This document shows, piece after piece, positions 1-7,877 of a stretch of 26,275 nt of DNA; the stretch's first letter is position 1; every line of letters starts with the position of its first letter. This DNA is from a virus (lineage: Duplodnaviria > Caudoviricetes), in the IMG/VR virus record IMGVR_UViG_3300037511_000161, positions 1 to 26,275 of that record. One strand, 5' to 3'. The notes beneath the pieces are model-generated. The model saw only the letters and a program-made list of their open reading frames with translations. It was not told the origin of the DNA and searched no databases. Both the position numbers and the translations under genes were made by a program.

Positions 1-900
1 GACGGCCGTTTCGACCTATCGTCTCCCGTGCCGGCGCGCGATGTGTTGCACGTCCGGCTGCATACGCCCCGCCACCCACTAAAGGGCGAAAGCCCGATCC
101 TCTCGGCGGCCCTGGACCTCGGCATGCATAATGTGGCGTTGCAGCAACAGATTATTTTTTTCCAGAATCAAGCGCGCAGCTCGTTCATTCTCGGCACCGA
201 GGAAAAGTTCCCCCTCGAGCAAACCGATGCCTTGCGCAATAAGGTCAGCGAACGGCTGAGCGGGATGAATGAGGGATTGCCGCTGATCCTGACCGGCGGG
301 ATGAAACCGTTTCCGCTGTCTACCTCTGCGGTCGATGCGCAGCTTGCTGAACTGCTCAAGATGAGCGCGGCGAATATCGCGCTCGCGCACCGCATCCCGC
401 TGCAAGTGCTCGGCCTCGGCGAGACGACGTATGGCAGCACGGAGATTTTGAACCAAGCATGGCTCAGTACTGGCTTGGGGTTCACCCTGAACCACATAGA
501 GGTTGCCTTTGACGCGCTATTCCGTTTGGACGGGCCGCCCGACGAGTACACCGAATTGAGTACGAGCGCTTTGTTGCGCAGCGCTTACCGCGAGCGCATC
601 GAAGGCCTGGCGCGCGGCGTCATCAGCGGCATCTACTCGCCGGACGAGGCGCGGGCGAGCGAAGAGTTGCCGGCCGTTCCGGGCGGCGTTGGCAAGGAGC
701 CTCGCACCCAGCAACAGGTTGTGCCGCTGTCGTATGGCGCGGATATGAAGCCGCCGCCGGCAAATCCTGCGGCAGCCCAAACACCCGACACGCCGCCGCC
801 GGATACGCCTGCACCGGACAACCAGGACAGTCCCGATGCACAGCGCCAACTCGCTGCGTTCCGCGATGCATTTATTCGGAGCCTCGATATTGCCGCGTGA
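1..900 (+). CDS. Phage portal protein, HK97-like (5'-truncated)
   Basis: Frame is open from base 1. It contains portal-type motifs DVLHVR, GESPI, DAQLAE..K.SA..IA.A.RIP..VLG and G.YSPDEARA.E.LP.V.GG, then a Pro-rich tail. TGA at 898-900. Confidence 0.88.
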   Translation, partial: DGRFDLSSPVPARDVLHVRLHTPRHPLKGESPILSAALDLGMHNVALQQQIIFFQNQARSSFILGTEEKFPLEQTDALRNKVSERLSGMNEGLPLILTGGMKPFPLSTSAVDAQLAELLKMSAANIALAHRIPLQVLGLGETTYGSTEILNQAWLSTGLGFTLNHIEVAFDALFRLDGPPDEYTELSTSALLRSAYRERIEGLARGVISGIYSPDEARASEELPAVPGGVGKEPRTQQQVVPLSYGADMKPPPANPAAAQTPDTPPPDTPAPDNQDSPDAQRQLAAFRDAFIRSLDIAA

Positions 901-1534
901 TCCGACGGCGAGCGAATTGTTGGCCGCCGAGATGGGTGCGCTGATGGCGCGCGAGGTGCGTGCGTTTCGGCTGGAGGTATCCGCCGCGCTTGCCGAGCTG
1001 CGCGAGGGGATTGCGACGGCGAAGGCAGAGCGGCTTCAGTGGACGTCGGACGGCGAGGACACGCTGGCGGCGTGGGAGATGCGGATCGCGCAGCGCATGG
1101 AGTTTCTGCGCGACGGCGAGAAGGGCGACAAAGGCGAGCCGGGAGAGAAGGGCGAGCCTGGCCGCGACGGCTTGGATGGGCGGTCATTTAGGGTGTGCGA
1201 TACCTGGGTCGAGACCGAGCAATACCAGGAGCTTGACGTTGTCATGCTCAATGGCAACAGCTTTGTCGCCCGTTATGCCAATCCGGGGCCGTGCCCGGGA
1301 GACGGTTGGAAACTGCACAGCCTACGTGGCAAAGCCGGCCCCCCCGGCCCTAAAGGCGACCGGGGAGACGCCGTTACCGGCCCGCCCGGACCACCTGGCC
1401 CGGGCTTGGCAGCAATGACCCTCAGCTCCGAGGGTGTGCTAACGCTGACGTTCGAAGACGGTCGGTCCTTCAGTCAGGACTTTTACCAGCCGTTCTCTCA
1501 GATGATCGCGGCCGTCCTGGCGCAACTGCGATGA
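890..1534 (+). CDS. Collagen-like (Gly-X-Y) virion protein, possible head fibre or decoration
   Basis: Likely TTG start at 890 after GGAG (878-881), in frame with ORF 836..1534. Two G-X-Y runs (GEKGDKGEPGEKGEPGRDGLDG; GKAGPPGPKGDRG..GPPGPPGPG) flank a W....Y...DVV..NG.SFVA module. Confidence 0.75.
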   Translation: MPRDPTASELLAAEMGALMAREVRAFRLEVSAALAELREGIATAKAERLQWTSDGEDTLAAWEMRIAQRMEFLRDGEKGDKGEPGEKGEPGRDGLDGRSFRVCDTWVETEQYQELDVVMLNGNSFVARYANPGPCPGDGWKLHSLRGKAGPPGPKGDRGDAVTGPPGPPGPGLAAMTLSSEGVLTLTFEDGRSFSQDFYQPFSQMIAAVLAQLR

Positions 1535-2184
1535 TCTCCGAATATCGCATTAGCCGCACCGTGACACCGGCGGCATCGATGGCGCTTGTCACGGTAGATC
1601 AGGCCAAGGCGGCGCTCGGCATCGACCCTGCCGACACATCGCAGGATGCCAGCCTGACGGCGCAGATCGCGAGCGTGTCGCAGGGGATATTCCGGTACGT
1701 CGATCGCGTGCTCGTCCAGCAGTCCTACCGCGACCAGTTCCGCTACGTCTGCAACTACAACTACCCTGGCGAGCCATTACAGCTTCGACAGTACCCGATT
1801 GCGGTGGACATCACCGGCGCGCCACTCGCCACCATCACCGAAGATGGCGTAGCGGTCGATCCGCTGTACTATGAGGCCGACACCGACCGCGGGCTGCTCT
1901 ATCGCCTCGACGGCGCCGATCCCTACGGCTGGACCGGTATGCTCATCACGGTGGATTACACCGCCGGCTATGAGCCCATTCCCGATGACATCCAGGCCGC
2001 CGCGCTCGATTGGCTGACCTCGCGCTACCATGCCGAGGGTCGCGATCCGGCACTGCGCAGCGAGACGATACCGGACGTGCTCTCCCAGGTATTTGCCGGG
2101 GATTACGGCTCGGGCACAACGGCGGGCGCGATACCGCCGGGCACGCGCGATTTGTTGCAGCCATACCGACTCTTCAGCCTGTGA
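1531..2184 (+). CDS. Head-tail connector/adaptor (HK97 gp6-like)
   Basis: Motifs LVTVDQAKAALGI...D..L and VDYTAGYE.IP.DIQAA, with LLQPYR near the C-terminus. ATGA overlap with the previous gene. Confidence 0.85.
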   Translation: MISEYRISRTVTPAASMALVTVDQAKAALGIDPADTSQDASLTAQIASVSQGIFRYVDRVLVQQSYRDQFRYVCNYNYPGEPLQLRQYPIAVDITGAPLATITEDGVAVDPLYYEADTDRGLLYRLDGADPYGWTGMLITVDYTAGYEPIPDDIQAAALDWLTSRYHAEGRDPALRSETIPDVLSQVFAGDYGSGTTAGAIPPGTRDLLQPYRLFSL

Positions 2185-2525
2185 ACGCCGACACGCTGAT
2201 CGCCCGCCTGGACGCGGCCCTCGCCGGCTACGGGCAGACCGTGACGCTCCAGCGCACCAGCGTGGACACCGCGACCGGCGCCGTGACAATCACCGATAGC
2301 ATCGACTGCCCGGCGGCAGTACGTCCGAGCGGGCCGCAGGATCTCGAAGCGGGCGATGTGGTGCCGATCGTCGTCATTGTTTCGCCTAGTGGGCTGGGCG
2401 CCTTCGGCATCCCCTCGCGTGATGATCGCCTGCTGGTCGATGGCGACCCGGCGAACATCACGCAAGTGGCGCCGCTGTACTACGGCGGCGCTCTCGTGCG
2501 GGTAAATCTCACGGCCCGTGGATAA
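2181..2525 (+). CDS. Head closure / head-tail joining protein
   Basis: GTGA overlap start at 2181 (MNADTLIARLDAALAGYGQTVTLQR...). About 114 aa, beta-rich, directly after the adaptor. Confidence 0.65.
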   Translation: MNADTLIARLDAALAGYGQTVTLQRTSVDTATGAVTITDSIDCPAAVRPSGPQDLEAGDVVPIVVIVSPSGLGAFGIPSRDDRLLVDGDPANITQVAPLYYGGALVRVNLTARG

Positions 2526-3000
2526 GCGCGAAGCGATCCTCGCACGTTTGACAACGGTCTGCGGCAGCCTACAGGGTATCGTCTCGGCCAAGCGCAACGT
2601 TCTGGACGTGCCGCTTTTGGGCCGCCCGGCGCTGGTCGTCCAGGATGGCAGCGAGGAACGCCTCGACGCGCCAGCTTCGGCCAATCGCTCCGGCGCGCAA
2701 CGGCTGCAACTGACGCCGCAAATCTGGCTGCTGGTGCGCGGCGCTGCCGACGACGCCGGCCCGCTGATGAGCCTGTTTCGCGGCCGGCTGATCTCCACGG
2801 TTTTGCAGGACCAAACGCTGCTCGATCTCACCGGCACCGCAGGCGGCATTCGCTATGACGGATGCACGGTCAACGAACCCACGCCGGAAACGAAAGAGCC
2901 GCGCATGGATGTGAATTTCACATTCATCTACACGCTCAATCTCAACGACATCACAGGGACGGTGGAGTTAAATCATGGCCTTCGCAACAACCGCGCCTGA
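2518..3000 (+). CDS. Putative tail terminator / tail completion protein
   Basis: 160 aa, begins DKREAILARL, contains RPALVVQDG.E. Lies immediately upstream of the tail tube gene (synteny inference). Confidence 0.6.
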   Translation: MDKREAILARLTTVCGSLQGIVSAKRNVLDVPLLGRPALVVQDGSEERLDAPASANRSGAQRLQLTPQIWLLVRGAADDAGPLMSLFRGRLISTVLQDQTLLDLTGTAGGIRYDGCTVNEPTPETKEPRMDVNFTFIYTLNLNDITGTVELNHGLRNNRA

Positions 3001-3571
3001 CATCAACAATTATTTTATCGCCAAGGGCTACGTGAAGTTCAGTGCCGACGGCGGCACGGTCTGGACGCATCTCGGTAATGCTCCTGAGGTGGAGTGGACA
3101 CCTAATCTCGACATGCTCGACCACTTTAGCGCGATGGCCGGTGTCCGTTCGAAAGATCGCCGGGTGATCCGCGAGAAATCTGCGACGGTACGAATTGTTC
3201 TCGAAGAGTCAAATCCGTTTAACCTGGGGCTGGCGCTGATGGGCGACGTTACGACCGGGACACCGCCCACCCCGGACACGATCGACATATTCAGCCTGGC
3301 CGAAATTACCGGCGCATTATTATTTGTCGGGCAAAACGACGTAGGCCCGAGGACGCAGTATTATTGGCCGAATGTTTCGATCACGCCGAGCAGCAGCATA
3401 AACCTGATTAGCGAAGAGTGGGCCTCGATGGAGATCACCGCCGAGGTGTTGATCGATGCGACCGGCTCGTTCGGCACCGCAACCTGGGACATCACCGACG
3501 AGGTGACGCCGACCCTGGCAAGCGGTGCGCAGCGTGCGCCCGTCCGGCAGCGCGCGAGGGAGGCGGCATAA
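2975..3571 (+). CDS. Major tail (tube) protein
   Basis: 198 aa with NY.I.KG.V.F, W.HLGN.PE.E.TP and LISEEW..MEI.AEVL patterns. GGAG SD upstream; precedes the chaperone genes. Confidence 0.78.
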   Translation: MAFATTAPDINNYFIAKGYVKFSADGGTVWTHLGNAPEVEWTPNLDMLDHFSAMAGVRSKDRRVIREKSATVRIVLEESNPFNLGLALMGDVTTGTPPTPDTIDIFSLAEITGALLFVGQNDVGPRTQYYWPNVSITPSSSINLISEEWASMEITAEVLIDATGSFGTATWDITDEVTPTLASGAQRAPVRQRAREAA

Positions 3572-3573
3572 GC

Positions 3574-3993
3574 GTGCCCGGTCTCAAGGACATCGCGAAA
3601 AAGCTCCACCGCACGGTCACGGTTGCCGGCGAAGATGTCACAATCCGCGGCCTCACGGCCGAGGAACTGGCACGGCTGCTCGCCGACTACCCGGAGCTGG
3701 GCAAGCTGCTCACCGGCTCGTTCGACCGCCTCGACGGCTCGGCCCTGGCGGCACAGGCGCCGGATTGCGTGGCGACGATGATCGCGCTCGGCACCTCGCT
3801 GAACGGGCATGCGCCAAAAGATAGCGAGCTTGCGGACGCGCGCAGCCTGCCCGGCGTGGCGGCGCTCGATCTGCTTGCGGCGATCGCCGAACTGACGCTG
3901 CCGCGGGCTGTTGTCCGCCCTTTCGTCCAGATGGTTCTGGACGGGGACGGGGAGGAATCCGGCGCTATTGGCAGGGCGACGGGTACGACATAG
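3574..3993 (+). CDS. Tail assembly chaperone (lambda gpG-like)
   Basis: GTG start at 3574 after GGAGG. Contains TVTVAGEDVTIRGLTAEEL. Lies between tube and tape measure and carries a slippery heptamer. Confidence 0.75.
   Translation: MPGLKDIAKKLHRTVTVAGEDVTIRGLTAEELARLLADYPELGKLLTGSFDRLDGSALAAQAPDCVATMIALGTSLNGHAPKDSELADARSLPGVAALDLLAAIAELTLPRAVVRPFVQMVLDGDGEESGAIGRATGTT
3918..3924 (+). other. Candidate -1 programmed frameshift site C CCT TTC
   Basis: X XXY YYZ heptamer in the correct phase (cgc cct ttc, R-P-F). The -1 frame is stop-free from 3825 to 4199. Confidence 0.65.
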
Positions 3994-3998
3994 CCGAG

Positions 3999-4199
3999 AT
4001 GGCGCTTGCGCTGTCTCGTGCCGGCTATGGCTCATTGGATGAGGTCATGAGCTGGACGCCGTACCGCATGAGCCAGGTCATCTTTATCGACGGCAAACTG
4101 ATGGAGCTGGAGCAGCAGCGCGAGTTGGCCTTGCACGCCTTCGCGGCGCAGGGCGACCCGAAAGAGCTGCGCAAGGTGCTGAGCCGCAATGGCGGTTAA
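3999..4199 (+). CDS. gpT-like second chaperone ORF (probable C-terminal part of a frameshift fusion)
   Basis: Lies in the -1 frame relative to the chaperone, with GY.SLDEV.SWTP motif. Upstream SD is weak. Confidence 0.65.
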   Translation: MALALSRAGYGSLDEVMSWTPYRMSQVIFIDGKLMELEQQRELALHAFAAQGDPKELRKVLSRNGG

Positions 4200-4839
4200 G
4201 GTCAAGTACGACCGCAACGCCTGGCGCCGCGGACTGACCGAGGCGCAGCAGCAAATGGCGCGGGCGGCAACCAAGGCGTTCCGCGAAGGCGCAAAGGAAA
4301 TCCAGCGGCAAGGCCAGGCGGACCTCGCTTCGGTCGTCGGGCCATCGAATGCCAAGTGGTTTTTCGCGCGGGCCAAGCCGCGCGGCGGCTATTCGTTGCG
4401 GCCATCCTTGCGCGGCTATCGGCGTAAGCAGTTCCTGAACATCTTTGAGCGCGGGGGCACGATCGAACCGCTCCGTAAGAAGTATTTGTGGCTGCCGCTG
4501 AGCCATGTCGTGCAGCGAGTTAGCCGCAAACGTCTGACGCCGCGGATCTACGAGCGCATGTTCGGCAAGCTGCAGTTTGTCAAGCGCCCCGGCAAACCGC
4601 CGTTGCTGCTGGGCGACGTGGCGGCAGGTCGCGGCGGCCGGCGGACAACCGGCAAGGTCACACGGGCGCGGCTGACGCGCGGCATGGCGGCAACGCGCAA
4701 GCAGAAGGTGCCGATCTTTGTCGGGCTTTCGTCGGTCACGATCCACCAGCGTCTGCACTTTGACGAAATCTACGAGCGGATGCGGCAGGAACTGCCGGAG
4801 TTGTACAAGCGCATGATGGCACTGGAGGGCAATAAATAA
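4189..4839 (+). CDS. Basic virion morphogenesis protein (neck/tail completion; DUF6441- or HK97 gp10-like)
   Basis: 216 aa, very Arg/Lys-rich, with IFERGGTI.P....LWLPL and VPIFVG...V.I..RL. Coupled to both neighbours. Confidence 0.55.
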   Translation: MAVKVKYDRNAWRRGLTEAQQQMARAATKAFREGAKEIQRQGQADLASVVGPSNAKWFFARAKPRGGYSLRPSLRGYRRKQFLNIFERGGTIEPLRKKYLWLPLSHVVQRVSRKRLTPRIYERMFGKLQFVKRPGKPPLLLGDVAAGRGGRRTTGKVTRARLTRGMAATRKQKVPIFVGLSSVTIHQRLHFDEIYERMRQELPELYKRMMALEGNK

Positions 4840-7406
4840 TGGCGCGCGGTCGGTCGGGCGGCATCTCGCAATTTATCGAGCTGGTCGGCCAAGAGCAGGT
4901 CCGCGAGGGCTTTCTCAGCCTTGGCAAGATCGGCGAACAGTCGATGCAGCGGATCGCCGCGGCGACCGAGAAAACCGCGCGTTCATTCGAGCAATTGAAG
5001 GGCGGCCTAAAGGGCATCGCGGCATTCGAGGGGCTGCGGCGCGGCGTCGATATTCTCGTCGATGTCACCTCGCAGATGCAGGAGCTGCGCAACGTCGCGG
5101 CCGCCACGCAGTTTCCGATTGACACATTGCGCGCCTTCCAGATCGCGCTGGAGCAGACCGGCAACGCAGGTGAAAAGGTCGGCGGCGCGTTTATTCAATT
5201 CGCCGGTGCCGTTGCCGATGCGGACAAGGCTGCGGCTGGTGCCGACAATGCGTTTACCGCTCTGGGAATAAACACGAAGAGCGTCCAGGGCGTAAACCGG
5301 CTCAACACGCTGCTAGATATTTACGTCAAGCGCTGGGCGCGAATCAGAGAAATCAAGCCGGCGGTGGCGGCCCGCTCCGGCGCGCTCGCCTTTGGCGAAG
5401 ACGACATCAACAAGTTCGCCAAGGCGATGCTGCTCGCCGCCGAAGTCGGAATCCCGAAGTTCGTGCAGGCGATGCATCAGTTTGGTCGGTTTCCGACCAA
5501 ACAAGACTTGGCCAGTATGGAGCGGTACGAAACCGCCTTGGGCAAGTTCCGCGGCACCATCAACTCGATCAAGATGGATGCCGTTATCGCGGTGTTTCCG
5601 GGCCTCACGCAAGCACTCGACACGGCGCGAGGCACGCTCGGCAACTTTACTGCGGATATTCAAAGGTTCTTTACGGATCTCAATAACGTATTGCTGGGCA
5701 AGCAGGCGCAGACCGAGTTTTTGCGCAATCTGATCGCGATGAAGAATGTCGCGCTTGATGTGCTCAGTGTTTTGCGTTTTGCATTCAACGCATTCGCCAA
5801 GGGCTTGGATCTTATTGCCACGTCAGTAAACAATATGTTCGGGACGAATTGGACCGGCAAAGGCATCGCAATGTCGCTGATGCTGTTCAAGCTGGTCGGC
5901 GTCTTCGGCCTGCTGACGACGGCGATCAATATCGCAAAGACCGCATGGCTACTGCTAAGCGCGGCGGCGATCCGCAGCCCGTTCGGCGCCTTGGTTGCGG
6001 CCGTCGGTGCGGTCGTGGCGTATCTGCTGAGCGGCACCGAGGCCGGTAAGAAATTCACCGACAGCATGACGCAGGCGGTGCCGGCGACGGACGCCACCGC
6101 GCAAAACATGAGCGAGGTGAACAAGAACACGAGGAGCGCGGCGACGTCCGCCGACCAGGTGCGCGACCTGACGCAGCGCACGACCGCGCAGACTGCGGCC
6201 CTCGGTGCGGCGACAGCAGGCGTTGCCGAACAGGCCCAAAAGCTGCCGGAATTTGCCAACAGCGCGATGACAATACCGGCGGTAGCACACGCGAGGAGCG
6301 GCGCGGTAAACAAACCATTCAACCAGATGACGCCGAGCGAGTTGCTTGAAGTCCCGCTTCAGCTGCGCGACACCAACTGGCACGAGATGATGCGCAGTGT
6401 GCCGACCGGCACCTTTGACGAGGTCAACCCGGAGATGGTTGACATGGCAACCGGCGCGAAGATGCCGATCGGTCAGGGGATCACGGGACCTGGCGGCAAC
6501 CGCTGGGTGGATGTCAAAACGGCTCTTGACGCGACAACAGCGGCGGGATTTGGCGCGGCCGCAGCGCTGAACGCGGTTACAGGTTCGGCGAACAAGGCAT
6601 CGGCCGCACAGACAAAGTCGGCGACGGCGGCGGACAAGGCGGCAGAGCAAGCGCCGGGTTCGTTCCGCGCGCGATCTGACGAGTTCAAGCAAGCGGTAGA
6701 CGATCGCATTTCGGCCGCCGCGGACGCAGCGAAGAACGCACCGATGGCGTTCGGGGGCGAGTTGTCGGGGGGCACGGCAGCACCAGGTGCGGTGTCGCCG
6801 CTGGCGCAAGCGATACGGGACGCCTTCAGCGGGGCGCCGGCACCGTTCGGCGGCGAAGCATCATCAGGCACCGCCGCTCCAGGCTTCGATGCACTAGAAC
6901 AAAGCGCCGGATCGGTTGCCGGTTCGATGGAGGGTGCGAGCGAGCAAACGAGCGCGTTCTCCGGGGCGTTGACCGCTCTAACGGACGCATTGAACAGCGC
7001 GGCTGCGGCAATCTCATCAGCGGCATCGCAAGCCGCGCCCGGCATGGCTGCCGGCGGCGTCGTCCCCGGCAGCGGCAATGGCGATACCGTCCCGGCATGG
7101 CTGACGCCGGGCGAGTTCGTCATGCGCCGCTCGATCGTGTCGCAGCTCGGCGTGCCGTTTCTGTCGATGCTGAATCGGGGCAGCGGCAGCCACCTGCCGC
7201 GCGGCCGCTATGCCGCCGGCGGGCTGGTCATGGCGGGTACGGGCGGCGGCGGGACGCCGGTGCATCTGCACCTTGGCGGCAAGTCCTTTGCCTTGAGCGG
7301 CGGCGCGGATGTCGTCTCATCGCTCGCACACGAGGCACGGCGCTATGCGCTGCGCTCGGCCGGCACCAAGCCGTCTTGGTACGGCGGGACACCGGGCGGG
7401 CGCTGA
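4839..7406 (+). CDS. Tail tape measure protein
   Basis: 855 aa, Ala-rich and helical with hydrophobic segments mid-protein. C-terminal AAGG.V.G.G.GDTVPAWLTPGEFVM motif is typical of tape measure proteins. Confidence 0.9.
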   Translation: MARGRSGGISQFIELVGQEQVREGFLSLGKIGEQSMQRIAAATEKTARSFEQLKGGLKGIAAFEGLRRGVDILVDVTSQMQELRNVAAATQFPIDTLRAFQIALEQTGNAGEKVGGAFIQFAGAVADADKAAAGADNAFTALGINTKSVQGVNRLNTLLDIYVKRWARIREIKPAVAARSGALAFGEDDINKFAKAMLLAAEVGIPKFVQAMHQFGRFPTKQDLASMERYETALGKFRGTINSIKMDAVIAVFPGLTQALDTARGTLGNFTADIQRFFTDLNNVLLGKQAQTEFLRNLIAMKNVALDVLSVLRFAFNAFAKGLDLIATSVNNMFGTNWTGKGIAMSLMLFKLVGVFGLLTTAINIAKTAWLLLSAAAIRSPFGALVAAVGAVVAYLLSGTEAGKKFTDSMTQAVPATDATAQNMSEVNKNTRSAATSADQVRDLTQRTTAQTAALGAATAGVAEQAQKLPEFANSAMTIPAVAHARSGAVNKPFNQMTPSELLEVPLQLRDTNWHEMMRSVPTGTFDEVNPEMVDMATGAKMPIGQGITGPGGNRWVDVKTALDATTAAGFGAAAALNAVTGSANKASAAQTKSATAADKAAEQAPGSFRARSDEFKQAVDDRISAAADAAKNAPMAFGGELSGGTAAPGAVSPLAQAIRDAFSGAPAPFGGEASSGTAAPGFDALEQSAGSVAGSMEGASEQTSAFSGALTALTDALNSAAAAISSAASQAAPGMAAGGVVPGSGNGDTVPAWLTPGEFVMRRSIVSQLGVPFLSMLNRGSGSHLPRGRYAAGGLVMAGTGGGGTPVHLHLGGKSFALSGGADVVSSLAHEARRYALRSAGTKPSWYGGTPGGR

Positions 7407-7876
7407 TGCCAGCATTGCCGGCCGGGCGCAATACAGTGTTCGACATCTCGTTGCCGGGGGTCGCCGGGCCTGATCTGCCGCCCTACGCGGTGCGCGGCCT
7501 CAAAGGCACACTAGCGCCGATCGCGGTGGCACAGGGTGACGCGCTCTTGCGCCGCACCGTCAACGGGACGCTCGTGGATATTAGCGCGCCGCAGTTCCGC
7601 AAATACCGGCTGGACGCGTCGGGGGAAGATCAGCAGCCCCCGGCCCTGGATGGAATCTGGCCGGGTATGCAGGTCAGCGTTTATTGTCACGTCGAGCTAG
7701 CCTATCACACCGCGACCGGCTCGGCCGGACGCTCAGCCGTACCAGGCACGGTGCGGGTCGAAGGCGATTATACTTTCTACTGTCCGGCGATGGAGTGCCG
7801 CATCGTCGAGTACCAGAGCGAGCGCGCCGAGTGGGAGGCGCAATACACCTGGTCGCTGACGCTGGAGGAAATATAA
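7406..7876 (+). CDS. Putative distal tail (Dit-like) protein
   Basis: ATG at 7406 overlaps the tape measure stop (TGATG). 156 aa with LRRTVNG.LVD.S..QFRKY, ending WSLTLEEI. Confidence 0.65.
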   Translation: MPALPAGRNTVFDISLPGVAGPDLPPYAVRGLKGTLAPIAVAQGDALLRRTVNGTLVDISAPQFRKYRLDASGEDQQPPALDGIWPGMQVSVYCHVELAYHTATGSAGRSAVPGTVRVEGDYTFYCPAMECRIVEYQSERAEWEAQYTWSLTLEEI

Positions 7877-7877
7877 C

